NCBI GenBank assembly: GCA_951406725.2 | Contig: OX597816.1 | Coordinates: 59,706,001-59,770,000, forward strand | DNA length: 64,000 nucleotides | From: Octopus vulgaris | Lineage: Eukaryota | Direction: 5' to 3' | Shown here: positions 12,816-27,296 of the stretch, in pieces | Numbering within the stretch: the stretch's first letter is position 1 | Layout: each line of letters begins with the position of its first letter | Made by a program: the position numbers and the translations under genes | The notes under the pieces: generated by a model | Told to the model about the DNA's origin: nothing | The model's input: only the letters and a program-made list of their open reading frames with translations | Databases searched by the model: none

Positions 12816-13968
12816 CTATATTGTATATCAATAATTTATAATCAGCTATGTGGTGAAAGTGTCATGGTAGCCTATTTGAAATGTGTACATTTACATTCAA
12901 TGAAACAATTGTAATGTATTGGAATTGTGTTAATGACCACATCATAGATATACAACACTTTCTGGCTCTTTAAATATGTCACCTGCTTTTCTTCCTAGGT
13001 GCATCATTTCTTTGATTAGCTTCCTGTTAATCATCATTGTTTAATGTCTGCTTTCCATGCTGGCATGGATTGGACGGTCTGATATGGAGCTGTCCAGTCT
13101 CCAATTGTCTATTGTGGCATGGTTTCTATGGCTGGATACCCTTCCTAATGCCAACCACTTAACAGCGTGTGCAGGGTGCCTTTTACTTTCCACCAGCATG
13201 GGTGTGCTGCTTCTTTCCTTGAACTGTTGCTCTCTGCAACATTGTCTTCTCCTCCTCTCATCTATGATATTTAGTCTTTTAAGTTTTCTGTCAGTTGGCA
13301 ACTTCTGAATTTGTAGGCCCCTTCTTACAAAGTAAATCTATGAATGTAAAGGTGTGTATGTGTCTGAGTTTAAAATTGGTAGGATGTTGAGCATTACAAA
13401 TATAAAATTATGTATTCAATTCTTGGACTGGATAATACAAACAATGTGTCCTTGATCAAGGCATTTCATTTCACATTATTCTGATTCACTCAGATGAAAT
13501 TCATACCCGCCCAATGGTGGTGTAGCGTTCTCTTCAGCTGTTGCATCCTGATTGTTCTGTTGGGTGAAGGGTAGGAATGCCATGAGTGTGTCCGTCTACT
13601 TGCAACAACACAGGCACTTGGAAACAAAAACATCATCATTTAACATTTTTCCATGGGTTAGAGATAATTTGACCAGAGCTGTGCCAGGTTCCAACCTGAT
13701 TTGACTTAGTTTCTATGGATAAATACCCTCCCTAACACCAATCACTTCACAGTGTGCCAGGTGCTCCTTATGTGGCACCAGCACCAGTGTTTTTTACGAA
13801 AGCTTGTTACATATTTACCAAGTCCTCCTTGATTCCAAGTGATGGTTGTAGAAATGGTTTCATGATGAACTCTTGGTTTCAGATAAGTGATTTATCAAGT
13901 AATTGCAGCTCAGAAATAATACCCTTAATTTTTGTGTACTAATTTTCATTTTGTTCTTTTGTCTTCAG

Positions 13969-14199
13969 ATCAAACACGTCTTGGTGCCTGGATCCTTGAT
14001 GGGGACACACAGCATATAAATTTATTGAAATATGCTCTCACGGAAGAAAACTTCGCTCACACCTTAGTACTGTTGGTTGTATCAATGGCTCAGCCATGGA
14101 ATATTATGGACTCGTTACAAAAATGGATTACAATACTTAGACAGCATATTGAAAAACTAAAGATTCCAAAGGATACTCGACACAAATATGAACAAAGTT
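13969..14199 (+). CDS. DYNC1LI: Dynein LIC exon (Ras-like domain)
   Basis: CTTCAG acceptor; DQTRLGAWILDGDTQHINLLKYAL...SMAQPWNIMDSLQKW...; GTAAGT donor at 14200; 231 nt. Confidence 0.97.
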
Positions 14200-15159
14200 G
14201 TAAGTAGTGATGGTCACTTTCACTTTATTCGTTTGAATTTTATGCAATCTATCATTTTATATCCAGGTGTGACTGTTAGGGTTTAGAAGTTTGCTTTCTA
14301 ACTTCATGGTATTTTGGCCAGCCTAAACTTTGTGAAAGGATTTGGTAGATGGAAACTGAGTGAAGCCACTGTGTGTGTCTCCTTGTCTTGACATTGTATG
14401 ACAGTTGTAAATGAGTGTCTTCATTTCCAAACATCATCATCATCAAAAACAGAAGTAGTTTCTTGTTATAGGGTAGATACATAGCTTCTTGCATTATAGA
14501 TGAGAGAGTGAAAGTGTCCAGGATTGAGTTGAAAAGAGAGAGAAATAGCAGCAAAGGTATGAAGTAAGAAATGAATGGGGTAGAACAGCAAGTGTGGGTG
14601 GGTAGTGGTTACAAGAGTGTATAGTAGAGTGAGTAATGGTTAGAAATGAAGAACGGGTGAGAGAGGAATATAATGAAGCATAAATATTGAAGGATGATTA
14701 ATAGGTCCTAACATTTCAAAAGCCACTTTAAAACAAATATAACAAAAGACAAAAAATTATGTGTGCAACAGCTTAATGCTTCGTATATGTTAATACTACA
14801 ACCTGTAAAGACATATTACAAAGACATTATATGAAGTACAAGGCAGCCCTCATGTTGATGCAATGAAAGAAAAAATACCCAATCTGTGCAGTCTGTAAGG
14901 TGGTTGGTGAATCAAAACAAATAACTTTGGGTAAAGAGGCCCCTTTAATCTTGTCATGAACATAATCTATTTAGAACTGGTTGGCTGACAAAATGCACCT
15001 ACTGTAAATCATCATCATCATCATTCATTTAGCGTCCGTTACCCAGGTTCAACTGGGGTCTGGGGTGCCCGAAGGCTGCACCAGGCCAGTCAGATCTGGC
15101 AGTGTTTCTACAGCTGGATGCCCTTCCTAACGCCAACCACTCCGAGAGTGTAGTGGGTG

Positions 15160-15345
15160 ATTTTATGTGCCACCGACACAGGTGCCAGACGAGGCTGGTG
15201 AACGGCCACGCTCGGATGGTGTTTTTTATGTGCCACCGACACAGGTGCCAGACGAGGCTGGCAGACGGCCACGCTCGGATGGTGTTTTTATGTGCCACTG
15301 ACACAGGTGCCAGATGAGGCTGGCGAACGGCCACGATCGGATGGT
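15160..15345 (+). repeat. About three tandem ~60-nt units inside a SINE copy
   Basis: TTTTATGTGCCACCGACACAGGTGCCAGACGAGGCTGG..ACGGCCACGCTCGGATGGTG repeated from ~15161, ~15224 and ~15286. Confidence 0.9.
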
Positions 15346-17692
15346 ATTTGTTACGTGCCCGCAGCACGGAGGCCAGTCGATGCGGTACTGGCTACGGCCA
15401 CGTTCGTATGGTTTTCTTGTGTGCCACCGGCACTGGTACCACAAAGATACAAATTCCATTGATGTTCATCTATTTTGGTTGATAATAGAAAGGTTCTACC
15501 CCTGCATGCATGTATCACTGGCACAAGTGCCGTCATGTATACATGACGGCACTTGTGCCGGTGACATGTAAGAGGCACCCATTACACTCTTGGAGTGGTT
15601 GGCATTAGGAAGAGAATCCAGCTGTTGAAACCAAGCCCAAATCAGACTGGAGCCTGGTGCAGCTCTCTGGCTTACCACTTCCATTCAAACTGTCTAGCCC
15701 AAAGGATCCCAACCAGGGTCCACAGAAGCTTTAAGGGGGTCCATGAGTAAAAAATTATTTGTGGGTCCATGTATAAATTTTGTTTACTAGGAGAGGTATA
15801 CCTATATTTATTGAAATTTTCAAGATATGTATTTGGAATTTCATCATCATCATCATCATCATTTAGCGTCCGTTTTCCATGCTAGCATGGGTTGGACGGT
15901 TCAACTGGGGTCTGGGGAGCCCGAAGGCTGCACCAGGCCAGTCAGATCTGGCAGTGTTTCTACAGCTGGATGCCCTTCCTAACGCCAACCACTCCGAGAG
16001 TGTAGTGGGTGATTTTATGTGCCACCGACACAGGTGCCAGACGAGGCTATTATGAATATAACAATTGTTTCATTACTACTTTTTACTAACCTACAAACAT
16101 TGTATTTCAAAAATTTACATGTGCATATATGGGGTCCACAGATAAGATAGCTCTCAAGGGGTCCACAAGCAAAATAAGGCTGGGAAGCCCTGGTCTAACC
16201 CATAAATAGTTAATACTTCATTAATTTACCATATCTACTTCATTTGCTTTTTTAAATTTGAAGTTTAGCACTTTATTTTTATTGAAATATCATTTTACTG
16301 TCCAACTTGCACCAGTATTGAAACCTGGACATTAAATGATGATGGTATGTTATACTCAGCATAATAATCTAGAGCAACAGGGTTTCTCAACAAGGGAATA
16401 TAATTTTGGTAGGGGTAAGTATAAACTAGGTCCAGAGGGAGTGAATTTACTAGTTTCATCATCATTCAGTGTCCATTTTCCATGCTGGCCCTGGGTTGGA
16501 TGGTTTGACAGGAGCTGGCAGGATCAGGAACCACACCAGGTTCCATAGTCTGTTTTGGTTTCTATAGCTGGATGCTTTTCCCAACACCAACCACTTTAGT
16601 GTACTGGGTGCTTTTTACATGGCACCAACAGGATCACTGGTGGAGGGAGTGGTATTGAGGAGTGTGATTTTGTGCCAGTTGAGAGATCTCTTTATAACAG
16701 CCAAACAAATTTTGCTGGATCATGTAGATTAGTTACCCGATATCATTCACTTAGCAGAATACCTGAATAGCTGTCCTGACCACCAGTACAGTTGCTTACA
16801 TATGGACCATTAAGACTTTACTGCAGGTCATTTAAATTAACAAATGCTTCGACTTTGGCTTTTTTTTAATTTACTTCATTTAGCAACAGAAACTAATTTT
16901 TCTCACAAGAAAATATTTAGAAACTACCTGTGTTGGTGCCATGTAGAATGCATCCTATTATATACAGTAACCCCTTGCCATATTGCAGTTTATTATTTAA
17001 GCTTACGTCTATTCCTCTGGTGTTGTTTTGTATTTATAATAAAATAAATATATACAAATTATAAAAATAATTTTTAAAAAATGCAATAATGTTTCTACTT
17101 TGTGGATTCACACCTATCGTGGGGGGCTTTGGAATGTAACACCCGTGATAGGCAAGGGCATCCAACCATAGAAACTATGCTAAATCAGATGGGAGCCTAG
17201 TGCAGCTCCCCAACTTGCCAGTCCCTGTCAAACTGTCCAATCCATGTCAACATGGGAAACATGCTCAGTGATGATGATGATTTTAAACAAATTATAAATA
17301 CACTGAATACTAAAATATCCATTCTATAATGTGTTGAGAAATATTTTTAGTAAAAATGATTATTTAATAATAAATTTAAAATGAAAAAGTGAAGTTAAGA
17401 AACAATTTTTCCAAGTTTGTCTGTGGTGGAAAGTAGGATTTTAGCCATGTGCTAAAACAAAGAATCCTTTTGAACATAGAACATGATGATTTGCAGTTCA
17501 ATATAATATTTGTGATCTTATCCATTCCTACTGTGCCTATCCTTCCTATTAAGAATCAAAAAAAATCATGCATTAAAGGTTTTTGTATTTACTAAGAATT
17601 TGCTTGCATTCTATAATAGCTAATTTGTTTTTGTTTTTTTTTTTAATATATTTTTTTCCGTGCTAGCATGGGTTAGATAATTGTAGTATTAA

Positions 17693-17912
17693 CCCATTCG
17701 TTACCAACCTGGTTGAAACTGGCTCTGGATTTAAATACAAATGTCTTGTTTTCACAAGTTTTGAATTAAAATCTTCCTCCAAACCTTAGTCACAATTTAT
17801 GTTCCTAACACTAGCTCAATGGTAACTAAGTTATTTTACTAAATTCTTTGTTATATTTAAAGTAATTGAAAGAAACAAAGAGCATCTCAAAATAAATATG
17901 GTAACGAAAGGG
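17693..17912. mobile_element. piggyBac-type MITE (family A)
   Basis: TTAA|CCCATTCGTTACCA ... TGGTAACGAAAGGG|TTAA; TTAA TSD at 17689-17692 and 17913-17916. Confidence 0.88.
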
Positions 17913-18856
17913 TTAAGGCATTGTTTTACACAGCCATATGCTTTTCTTGTCACTAATCCTTATGTTTTACTAAAAAAAAGAAAAGGAAAAAAAAAGATAT
18001 TTCTCATTTTACGCATCTTCAAAAGTTCAGTTTCCATCTACCCAGTTCACCGAATGCTTTATTGTCAGCCTGGGACTGGAATAGACTCTTGTCCAAAATG
18101 TTCTGTAGTGTTTCAAAAGAAAACTACACAGTTATACCAGCCCCTATTTGTAAAAATTTTATTCTTGAAGTTGTATGATAATCCCTTCTATCACAGAATT
18201 AAAGCTTTTTTTTTTTTTTTTTATAATTCTTTTGTAGTAGGAATAACTCAACAGATCTGTAAATGAAGAGATTTGCATGTGTCTCTGCATGACAAAGCAT
18301 ACAATTTTGTAAAACTAATTAAATGAAGGATCATTTACAAAGAATCTCTCTTTTTTTATGGTTTAGTTATTTCAAGCTTTGGAGAACTGAGACTTGTAGG
18401 ATTGACTTGGTTTATATTAAATCCTTGGAAACACGAAAACATGGGTGGGAATGAACTCCCAGAGTTTGAGGTGATTAGTGTGGAGTCTTAGTGATAGAAG
18501 ACAGATGGGAGAGGAGTGTTGTGTAGGGCTTTCAGGTGAACATAATCTGCAAGGAATGGAGGTCATTATAGTAGTGATAGAATAAGCAAACAGGTCATTT
18601 GTGTTGGATGTTGCTGTGGAGGAGTCTTTACCAATACCTTGGAAGACTTTTCAGATGCTGTCTAGGATGATTGTATGTGTAGCAGTAGCAGCATTCTAGA
18701 TACCCAGTGTGTAGTAGTCCTGGCATCATTTAAGGTACCTGTGTGTGCGGTGACACCATTCCAGATTTGGTAATAGTATTTTGTTGGGGCTCTTATTTGT
18801 TCATTATTTTCTGATCCTGAAAATGCCCAGTATTATCTGTTATACACTTTATTTAA

Positions 18857-19074
18857 CCCTTCAGCATTTAAACTGGCTTTTTCCAGCCAAATTATTCTTC
18901 CTGTTTTATGTTCAAACTGGCCAAATTTGGCCTCTTGAACCTACCCTACAATGTCATTCTTAAAGTAAATGACTGTGTCATCAATATCTCAGAGCTACAA
19001 GATAATACATGAGTAATTCAAAACAATGAATAAATAAGCATCACACTCGACAGAGTAATCTAAATGCTAAATGG
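18857..19074. mobile_element. piggyBac-type MITE (family B); related copies ~4416-4676, ~24510-24710, ~35420-35905
   Basis: TTAA|CCCTTCAGCATTTA ... TAAATGCTAAATGG|TTAA. Confidence 0.78.
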
Positions 19075-20259
19075 TTAACTCTTATTAGTATTATCTCTTG
19101 TTATGGACCTTATTTGACTTCTGTTTCTATCCAATCCACTAAAAGCAATATATTTTGTCTTTCTCTGAAGATCGTAATCTCTTACCATGTGTTTGATCTC
19201 AAAAGGTGTAAATTTCCTAGTTGCTTCTTCTCTCCACTATCTCATTTTGTAATTGCTTTTTTGTGAAATTACCTCTAATTTAGTCTTAGGTGATAAAAAA
19301 AAATACCCACTTAATGACAGGTGTGTTGGAATTTAGGAAATAACGTACCATTGGTAATGAAAAGCAATGTCAAGATATTTCATGTTGATTTAGAATAGAA
19401 ACAGGCGCAGTCATTTAGAATCTACATTGTAGGTTAAAGCAGATTTATTTCATTACTATGTCCTGTATTTTACTAATTGTTCAGTTAATTGCTGCCAATG
19501 TCTATCATTTGTCTTTCACAATTCCTGCTGCTGCTGCTCTCACCAATCAATATAAATTTTACTACTTTTGTTTTATTATTAAACATATATTTCATTTGTT
19601 TGTTTCCACCTCTTTTGTAAACAGTATTTTATATCTTATTTATTTAAAACTTCTGTCATTAAATTACTGGTAAGCAATGAAATACTAAACAAATATATAA
19701 TATCAGATCAAGAAATTGATATTTGCCAGTGTCCTGGCCACATAACCAATAGTGAGGTACTAAAACAGTACCAACTGGTAATATTGATATTGTAGATGAT
19801 AAAGATTTTTTTTTTCAGTGATCTTCTTTGTCAGGGGGTGATTATCTGTCCACCAATGTTTGATGCATTAAGTCAGTGGTTCTCGACCATTTCGTTTATC
19901 CTATGAACCCCCATGGTTCCAGTTTTACTTGGATGAACCCTCATAACCATTTGATGTTTAAAAAAATTCTATTTTCATAATTAAATATTATTATTAAGAA
20001 TTATATAAAAAAAAAATTTTAATTTATGAGCAATAAATTAGTTCTACAATGCGCAAAAGATTTTAACAAAACCTTTTGTGGACCTGAATCAGATGGATTG
20101 GACTGGAATGTTCTTTTTTTATGCATTTATTACTTTATCCTTTGGTGGATGGGGATTATAAATTTAGCTACTTCATTTCTTTCCCTGTTTTTCCCCCATC
20201 TTTTATCTTTTTGCTTTGCCACCCAATCCTCCTCATCATCATTTAACATCCATATAGTG

Positions 20260-20700
20260 TACATGCTGTGAACTGTGTGCATAAGCAGTATACTGGGATC
20301 ACAAGCAGGTTTGACAGTGAATAAAGATTTCAAATGTGGCAGGTGTACAGGAGTAGTTAGCAGAGCAGCAGTGAAATATATTGTTTTCAATACTTGGAAG
20401 GATTTACTGGAGTAATTGATAGCCTCTGTTACCTAGGTAACTTTATCAGTAGTAGATGAGGGTGCTGTGAAAATATAGTAGCCAGAATGAAGAAAATTCA
20501 GGGAGCTATTAGCTTTACAGGCAGCTAGGGGATTCTCTCTTCAAGCAAAGGGCAGATTGTTTGTTGCTTGTGTATGGAGTGCAGTCACTGCATGGTAGTA
20601 GAACATATGCACTGAATGCAGGTGAAGTGAAATGAAGCATGTATATTGTGTGTGTGAATGTCATGGCAGAGACAAGCTGAGAGATAAACTGGGTGTCGGA
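20260..20700 (+). mobile_element. Decayed RTE-like LINE fragment
   Basis: GFSLQAKGRLFVACVWSA..HGS resembles the RTE RT C-terminal region; boundaries approximate. Confidence 0.55.
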
Positions 20701-21669
20701 GGAAAAGAAAGCTTCAACTTAACACGCTACATGACCTCAAACCTGATAGAATTGGATTGTTATACATGTCGTCATAAACCCCTGCCGATCAAGGGAATTG
20801 AAACCTTATCAAGTCTGATATTATCTTAGTTAATTTAAATTGTTGTCAGTTTAAATGTTTATTGTCAACTGTTGAAACAACTGACTTAACTGTAGTAAAA
20901 TTTGAGCTGGTTAATTTGAAGCTATCTAAATTTAGAAGTGAAATTTCAATCCCGTCACAACACATTTACTTAAAATTGCTTGCTTCCTCTTTCTCTCTCA
21001 GTTCAGCATTTGCAAAGTCGGTGAAACTAAGCAGCTTGTCTGAGTCATTGCTGTGGACAGATCAATGATTATAGCTCTCTTTCCTGTGTGTTATGTCAAT
21101 ACCTCACCCAGCATACATGGCAACAGACGGTCACTGTTTCTTCTGAAATGGCCAGTTTAAATCTATTTTCTCAGTTTGCCATAGATTTTATTACTAGCTT
21201 TCTTCTACATATTTTTACTTTTTTTTTATTTTTTGGGTGGTGTCTCATTTGCAATTGTAAAAACTTTGTTTATTTTTACTGAATAGTTACTTTCATTTTT
21301 TTAACTTATTGTACTGGCCATGCTGGGGCCTTGAAAGGGTTTAATTGATCAAGTCAACTCCAGTATTTTTTAAAGTCTGATTGTATTGATCTTGTTTTGT
21401 CAAACTGCTAAATGCAAAGACATAAACCAACCAATACCAGTTATCTACTGGTGAAACATCCATGCATAAACAGTCTTTTACATAGTTTTTTGACTACCAA
21501 ATTAACCAACAAGGCATTTGTCAGCCAGGGGCTATAGTAGATATTGGCCCAAAGTACCCCACGGTGGGGGTCTTAATCTGAACTCGTCTAGTGGCAGATT
21601 GAACTTATTGCATGCATGCACCTACACAGGGTATTATTAGGAAACATTTTGGGATTTTCAATGCATTAA

Positions 21670-22190
21670 TCCTTTCGTTACTGTATTACTTTTGAGATGC
21701 TCTGTGTTTCTTTCAATTATTTTGGCATGTGAAAAACAACATTCAAGCATGGTCATTGCCAGTGCCGCTGAACTGACTCTCGTGCAGGTAGCACGTAAAA
21801 AAAACCCTTTTGAGTGTGGCCGTTGCCAGAACTGCCTAACTGGCTCTCGTACTGGTGGTACATAAAAGCAACCACTACACTCTGAGTGGTTGGCGTTAGG
21901 AAGGGCATCAAGCCATAGAAACTTTGCCAGATCAGATTGAGCCCGGTGCAGCCCTCTGACTCACCAATCCTCAGTCAAACTGGCCAACCTATGCCAGCAT
22001 GGAAAGTGAACGTAAAACTATGATGATGATGATGATAACAAAGAATTTAGTAAAATAACTTAGTTATCATTCAGCTAGTGTTAGGAACATAAATCACGAC
22101 TAAGGTTTGGTGGAAGATTTTAATTCAAAACTTATGGAAACCAGACATCTTTACTCAGAGCCAGTTTCAGTTGGGTTGGTAATGAAAGGG
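21670..22190. mobile_element. piggyBac-type MITE (family A) interrupted by a SINE (~21723-22036)
   Basis: TTAA|TCCTTTCGTTAC ... GTAATGAAAGGG|TTAA; internal SINE ending in (GAT)n. Confidence 0.85.
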
Positions 22191-23567
22191 TTAAGTTAAA
22201 CTCTTCAAGACAGATACTGTATTCAGTGAGCCATCATTCTAATGAATTAGCCAGTTATAAATTTTTGCTTCCCTACCACATGGTTTTCGGTTCAATCCTA
22301 TTGTATAACACCTTGGGCACATATTCTAATATAACCTCTAGGCAGCTAAAGGCTTGTTAGTGAATTTAGTAGATGGAAACTGGAAGAAGCCCCTTGTGTG
22401 TTTGTGTTTATTTCTCATTGTCTTGGTATTTGTAAATGAATGTCACTGTTATACAAACAGTGCCATTCATTTCCAGTATTCTATGGAAGCATATTTGGCT
22501 AAGGGAAAATATTACCTTGCATTGAAACAGGTGAGGGCTGGCAATAAGTAGGGCATTTGGCCTGGCAAATCTGTCCAGTCCATGCAAGCTCAAAAAAGTG
22601 GATGATGATATTGGAAAAAATTTTCAGGATCCATCCTCCCCATGTCTCTTGGCATTACTTTACATGGTCTTCAGTAATTTGAGTAAATGTTTTAATTTGT
22701 GCAAGAAATTATTTTCTACTTTTGACTTCATCATTTAATGCCCACTTACCCATGCTTGCATGGAGTGGTGTGGTTTCAGTGAGACAGATTACTACTACAG
22801 CCAGTTGCCTTTCTTGTTGCCAACCCCATTTTCAGCTAAAACTATATTCACCAAAGACTGGCCACAACACCATTTGTATGGTGCTGATGCTCATTCACAG
22901 CTATTAAGCAATGTTAAAATAAGGTCACACAGTACATAAGATGGGTTTCTTTCAGTTTTCTCCTCCTGCATCCACTCTCAAGACTTTGGTTGGTCTAAAT
23001 CTATAGTAGAAGACATTTACCCAAGGTGCCCAAGTGAGCCTAAACCTGAAATCATGTGGTTGGGAAGTGAATGTCTTCACACAGCCAAACCTGTACCAGT
23101 GGTTGGCATTGGGAAGGATATCCAGCTGTAAAAACCATACCAAAATAGACAACTGGAACCTGAACATCTATCAAACTGTCCAACCCATGCCTGCATGGAG
23201 AACAGACACTAAATGTTGATGATATACATTATATTTCAAATTCTGATTGTCATCAAACACCTTAATCAAGGATTGAAACCTCTACATCTGTCTGTGGTTT
23301 AATAGATACGAGCATGACACTCTTTTAAGAAATATTGGTACCTTGTTTCTGTCCAGTTTTGAGATCTTGTATATGAATAATAAGATGTTGAAACTTTGAG
23401 ATTTCGATGATGTGATTGTATATCTTAAGAATGACATTGCAGGGCAGGTGTAAGAGCCCATATCTTGACAGTTTGAATATAAAACTGGTAGAATATCTGG
23501 GCCATATATGGCCTGTTTAAATGCTGAAGGATTAAACACACCAACACCGATTGTCAAGCAGTGTTGT

Positions 23568-23601
<34 letters not shown>

Positions 23602-26418
23602 ATAGGCTTCTTTCAGTTTCTGTCAACCAAATCCACTCACAAGACTTTGGTCAGCCCAAGGCTCTAGTAGAAAATACTTGTTGAAGGTGCCATACAGTGG
23701 GACTGAACCTGGAACCATATGGTCAGGCAGCTAACTTCTTACCACACAACCACAATTTTCTAAGACCTAATTTCTTTTCCTATCAAATTCCAATATTCCA
23801 TTCTCTTTGAATCTATAGATGAGTGGTTCTCATTTATGTCTACTGACAAGTGTCTAACAGCAGTTGCTTTCATTGTTCTCTTAAATACCAGACTGTAAAT
23901 ACCCTTGGGTATTTTTTCCAGAGAGTATTGAATAAAATGTCTTGAATCTGTTCTGAGTTCAAATCCCAAAGAAGTCAGCTTGGCCTTTCATTCTTTTGGG
24001 GATCAATAAACAAACTACTAGTCCTGTACTGGGGTCAGTTCATCCTTATTTCTCCTATTGGTATTTCAAAGGTCCAGACTTGTCTCGTAGTGCCACCCTG
24101 ATTCAACTGGAGAATTAAGGGTATGTGATTCTATGGAACACTTGACTACAGTAATTTCTTACCGTATCACAGTTCCCCTATCATGGCTTATTATTTAAGC
24201 TTACGTCGATTCCTTTGTGGTGGTGTTTTGCTTTTATAATTAGATATATACAAATTATAAAAATATCAAAAACAAATATACAGTGCTGTTTCTACTTTGG
24301 ATTTTTGTTTATCACAGGGGGTTTTGGAACATAACACCTGCAATAGTCGGGGGTTTACTGTACTTGGATATTAATTTCACAATTAAAAGTCCAGTTAATC
24401 TAACACCTGAATGTTCATTGTTGAGACCAACAGTAGGGAGGTGCGAGGAAGAAGCATTTCTACCAACTGGACATTCTGCACCACACCTTTTATATATTGT
24501 CTACCAATTCCATTAAGTTAAATGTAATGCTTATTCATTTATATTGTCTTGAATTAGTCCTGTATTATCTTGTAGCTGCAGGATTCTGTGACTTGGTAAT
24601 TTTTTAACTACATTGTAGGGTTGGTGTGAGAGGTCAGATCCCGCCAGTTTGAACATTAAATCAGGTAGAATATCTGAGCCACATACTGGCCAGTTTAATT
24701 ACTAAAAAGTTAAACATGACCCAGCTTTCAGATGTTTTGGCCCAGTCTTTCCCACTTCAAATATTTTCTAAAACTTTCACACTTAATTTTTGCCAGTCTG
24801 TAGATTGTTTAAAAAAAAGTACAACTTGGCATTGATACTAATTCCTACTCAGTGTTTCAAGCACAAAATGGATATTGTCCCTAGTTCTAAGAGACAAACC
24901 TCTTGTTTTAACCCTTTTCCTACATTTCTGTTGCTGCCCTTGTTTCATAATTTTTTAAATGATGAATATAGTAAAGTAACTTTACCATTATTAAAATGGT
25001 ACTTGTAACTTAAAGGAACATGGAATTTGAACTGAAATAATCATCGTTTGATATCTGTTTTCCCTGCTGGCATGGATTGGATGGTTTGACTGAGGTCTGG
25101 AAAGCCAGCAGCTACACTGGGCTCCATTCTGACCTGGCAAAGTTTCTACAGCTGGATGCCCTTCCTAATGCCAACCACTCTGAGAGTGTAGTGAGTACTT
25201 TTTTTGTGCCACTGGCATGGGAGTCAGTCAGGGGACACTGGCATCAACCATGTTTGGATGATGCATTTTACATACCGCTGGCATGGGAAAAGTTTTTAAT
25301 TTTAAAAACAGTTTGTATTAGCAAACCAGGGGCAATTTCAGGCAGATTGGTATCAAAAAGGTTTAAGTGACCTAAATTAAAATCTATCAATTTCTTGTTA
25401 ATTTATGTTCCAGAGACCAGCAACAGAGTATTTGAAAAGAAATATGGCAATAAAAGGTTAAATGCTATACTTATTCCTAAATTTGAAATTTTGGGAAATC
25501 TCTACAATAAAAATACACACTTTTGTATCTGCAGCCCCTTAGTAAATAGTAAATGACCTATGTTTAGTGAACCAGTTGTTGCTGTTAATGCGGCAAGTTG
25601 TTTCTAGGTTTCATTGATTTTAGTTTGTTTATCCGCTGTGACCTTTCCAGTGAAAGGAACTACAGGTTGATTGAATGTTACAAAGCTAATAGACTCTAAT
25701 TAATAATATTTTACTGTGTCTCTCTTCTTTAAACAATGCATGTTAATTGCATTTGTTAAAGAATTTGATTTATGGTGAATTTGAAGGACAAATCATTAGA
25801 AAGACTAGTCCCTGGAAATTGGCCAATTTATTGATATATTTTTTTAATCAGGCGTGGCTGTGTGGTCAAGAAATCTGCTTCCAACCACATGGTTTCAGGT
25901 TCAGTCCCATTGCATGGCACCTTGGGCAAGTGTCTTTTACTATAGTCTGGGCTAACCACAGCCTTGTGAGTGGACTTGGTAGGTGGAAATTGAAGATTTG
26001 TGTGTGTTTGGGACTCCTTGTTTTCATGTTTTATAATGGTAAATGAGTGTCATTGTCATACAAATAGTGTCCAATATTCTTCAAAGACCCGACTGACCAA
26101 AGGGGAATATTATTTTACTTGGAAGGTGAGGCTTGGTGTCAGGACATTTGGCCCAAAGAAAATTTGCTTCAAACTCCGACTCCTACAAGAACAGAAAAGT
26201 AGGCATTAAAAGATAAAAAAAAAAAAAAATTCAAAGTAACCTTAAGTCTTGTTAGTGAGGAAGGAGAGAGACTAAACTATAGAATCTTAAAATGCAAAGG
26301 CCATTTGGTGGTTTAGTCCCAAAACAGTAACAGCAAACACCACCCATTGTTCATCTAGTGACTTTTTTTTATGACAAATGTAATTATACGTGCGCGCACA
26401 CACACACACACACACGCA

Positions 26419-26835
26419 TACTGGGTGCAGTGAATAAACTGTCGTCTAAATTATGCAGAAATGAAAATAACACTAACATTTCAGTTTAACAGTTATATTT
26501 ACCAAAATTACATTAAAATATCTTGAAATACTAAAGAGTAAATTTATTTGATAAAATTACCATTGGCTTCAACCACGGCTTCCAGAGGACTTGAGAATCT
26601 CCTGCAACTCTTCTGGACGATCTTGTTTAAGTTAGTAAATGCTGCCTTAATCCTTGCCTTTAGTTCATTGTTGGTGTTACAAGGAGTTTTGTTGGTCTCT
26701 CATTCAACTACACCCCACACATGATAATCAAGGGTGTTGCAGTCTGGGCAGTTAGGTGGCCAGATGTTAGGGGTGATGTGGTCGCAGAAATTGTCTGACA
26801 ACCATGACTGGGTTCTCCTGCTTGTGTGGCATGTT
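26419..26835 (-). mobile_element. Tc1/mariner-superfamily transposase 3' fragment
   Basis: ORF track: HTSRRTQSWL...IWPPNCPDCNTLDYHVWGVVE (WPPNSPDLNPLDY motif); TIR-like TACTGGGTGCAG at ~26419. Confidence 0.8.
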
Positions 26836-27089
26836 ATTTCTTGGTGGAAGTTTTTTTTTTGTTGTGAAAACTGACAGAAAACACTGTTATTGTGGAATGA
26901 GAATGCATAGTGTGAGGTTAAGCTACTAGAAGCTGTGTCACCCATTCCTCTCTGTGTGCTGGTTCCCTTCCATTGGTGATTGCATCTTCCAGTTAACATA
27001 TTTTGGTTGAAATACACTGCTTTTATTGAAATTAAAGTTAAATTAACTTTAAATGAAAAAGATAATGAATTTGTTGAAATAATTATTAA

Positions 27090-27296
27090 CCCTTTCGTTA
27101 CCAACCCGGCTGAAACTGGCTCTGGCTCTTTAGTATAAATGTCTTGTTTTCATAAGTTTTGAATTCAAATCTTCCACCAAATCTTAGTTAAAATTTAGCT
27201 TAATGATAACAAAGTTAATCTACTAAATTCTTTGTTATATTTAAATTAATTGAGAGAAATACAGAGCATCTCAAAATGAATACAGTAATGAAAGGG
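27090..27296. mobile_element. piggyBac-type MITE (family A) nested in a TTAA site of an older related MITE
   Basis: TTAA|CCCTTTCGTTAC ... GTAATGAAAGGG|TTAA; flanks continue an older GAAATACACTGC...TTAAGCTGGTGTTTG element. Confidence 0.85.

Noticed and set aside
15160-15345. Regularly spaced repeats resembling a CRISPR array
   Set aside because: The units are full tandem copies without unique spacers, inside a eukaryotic SINE
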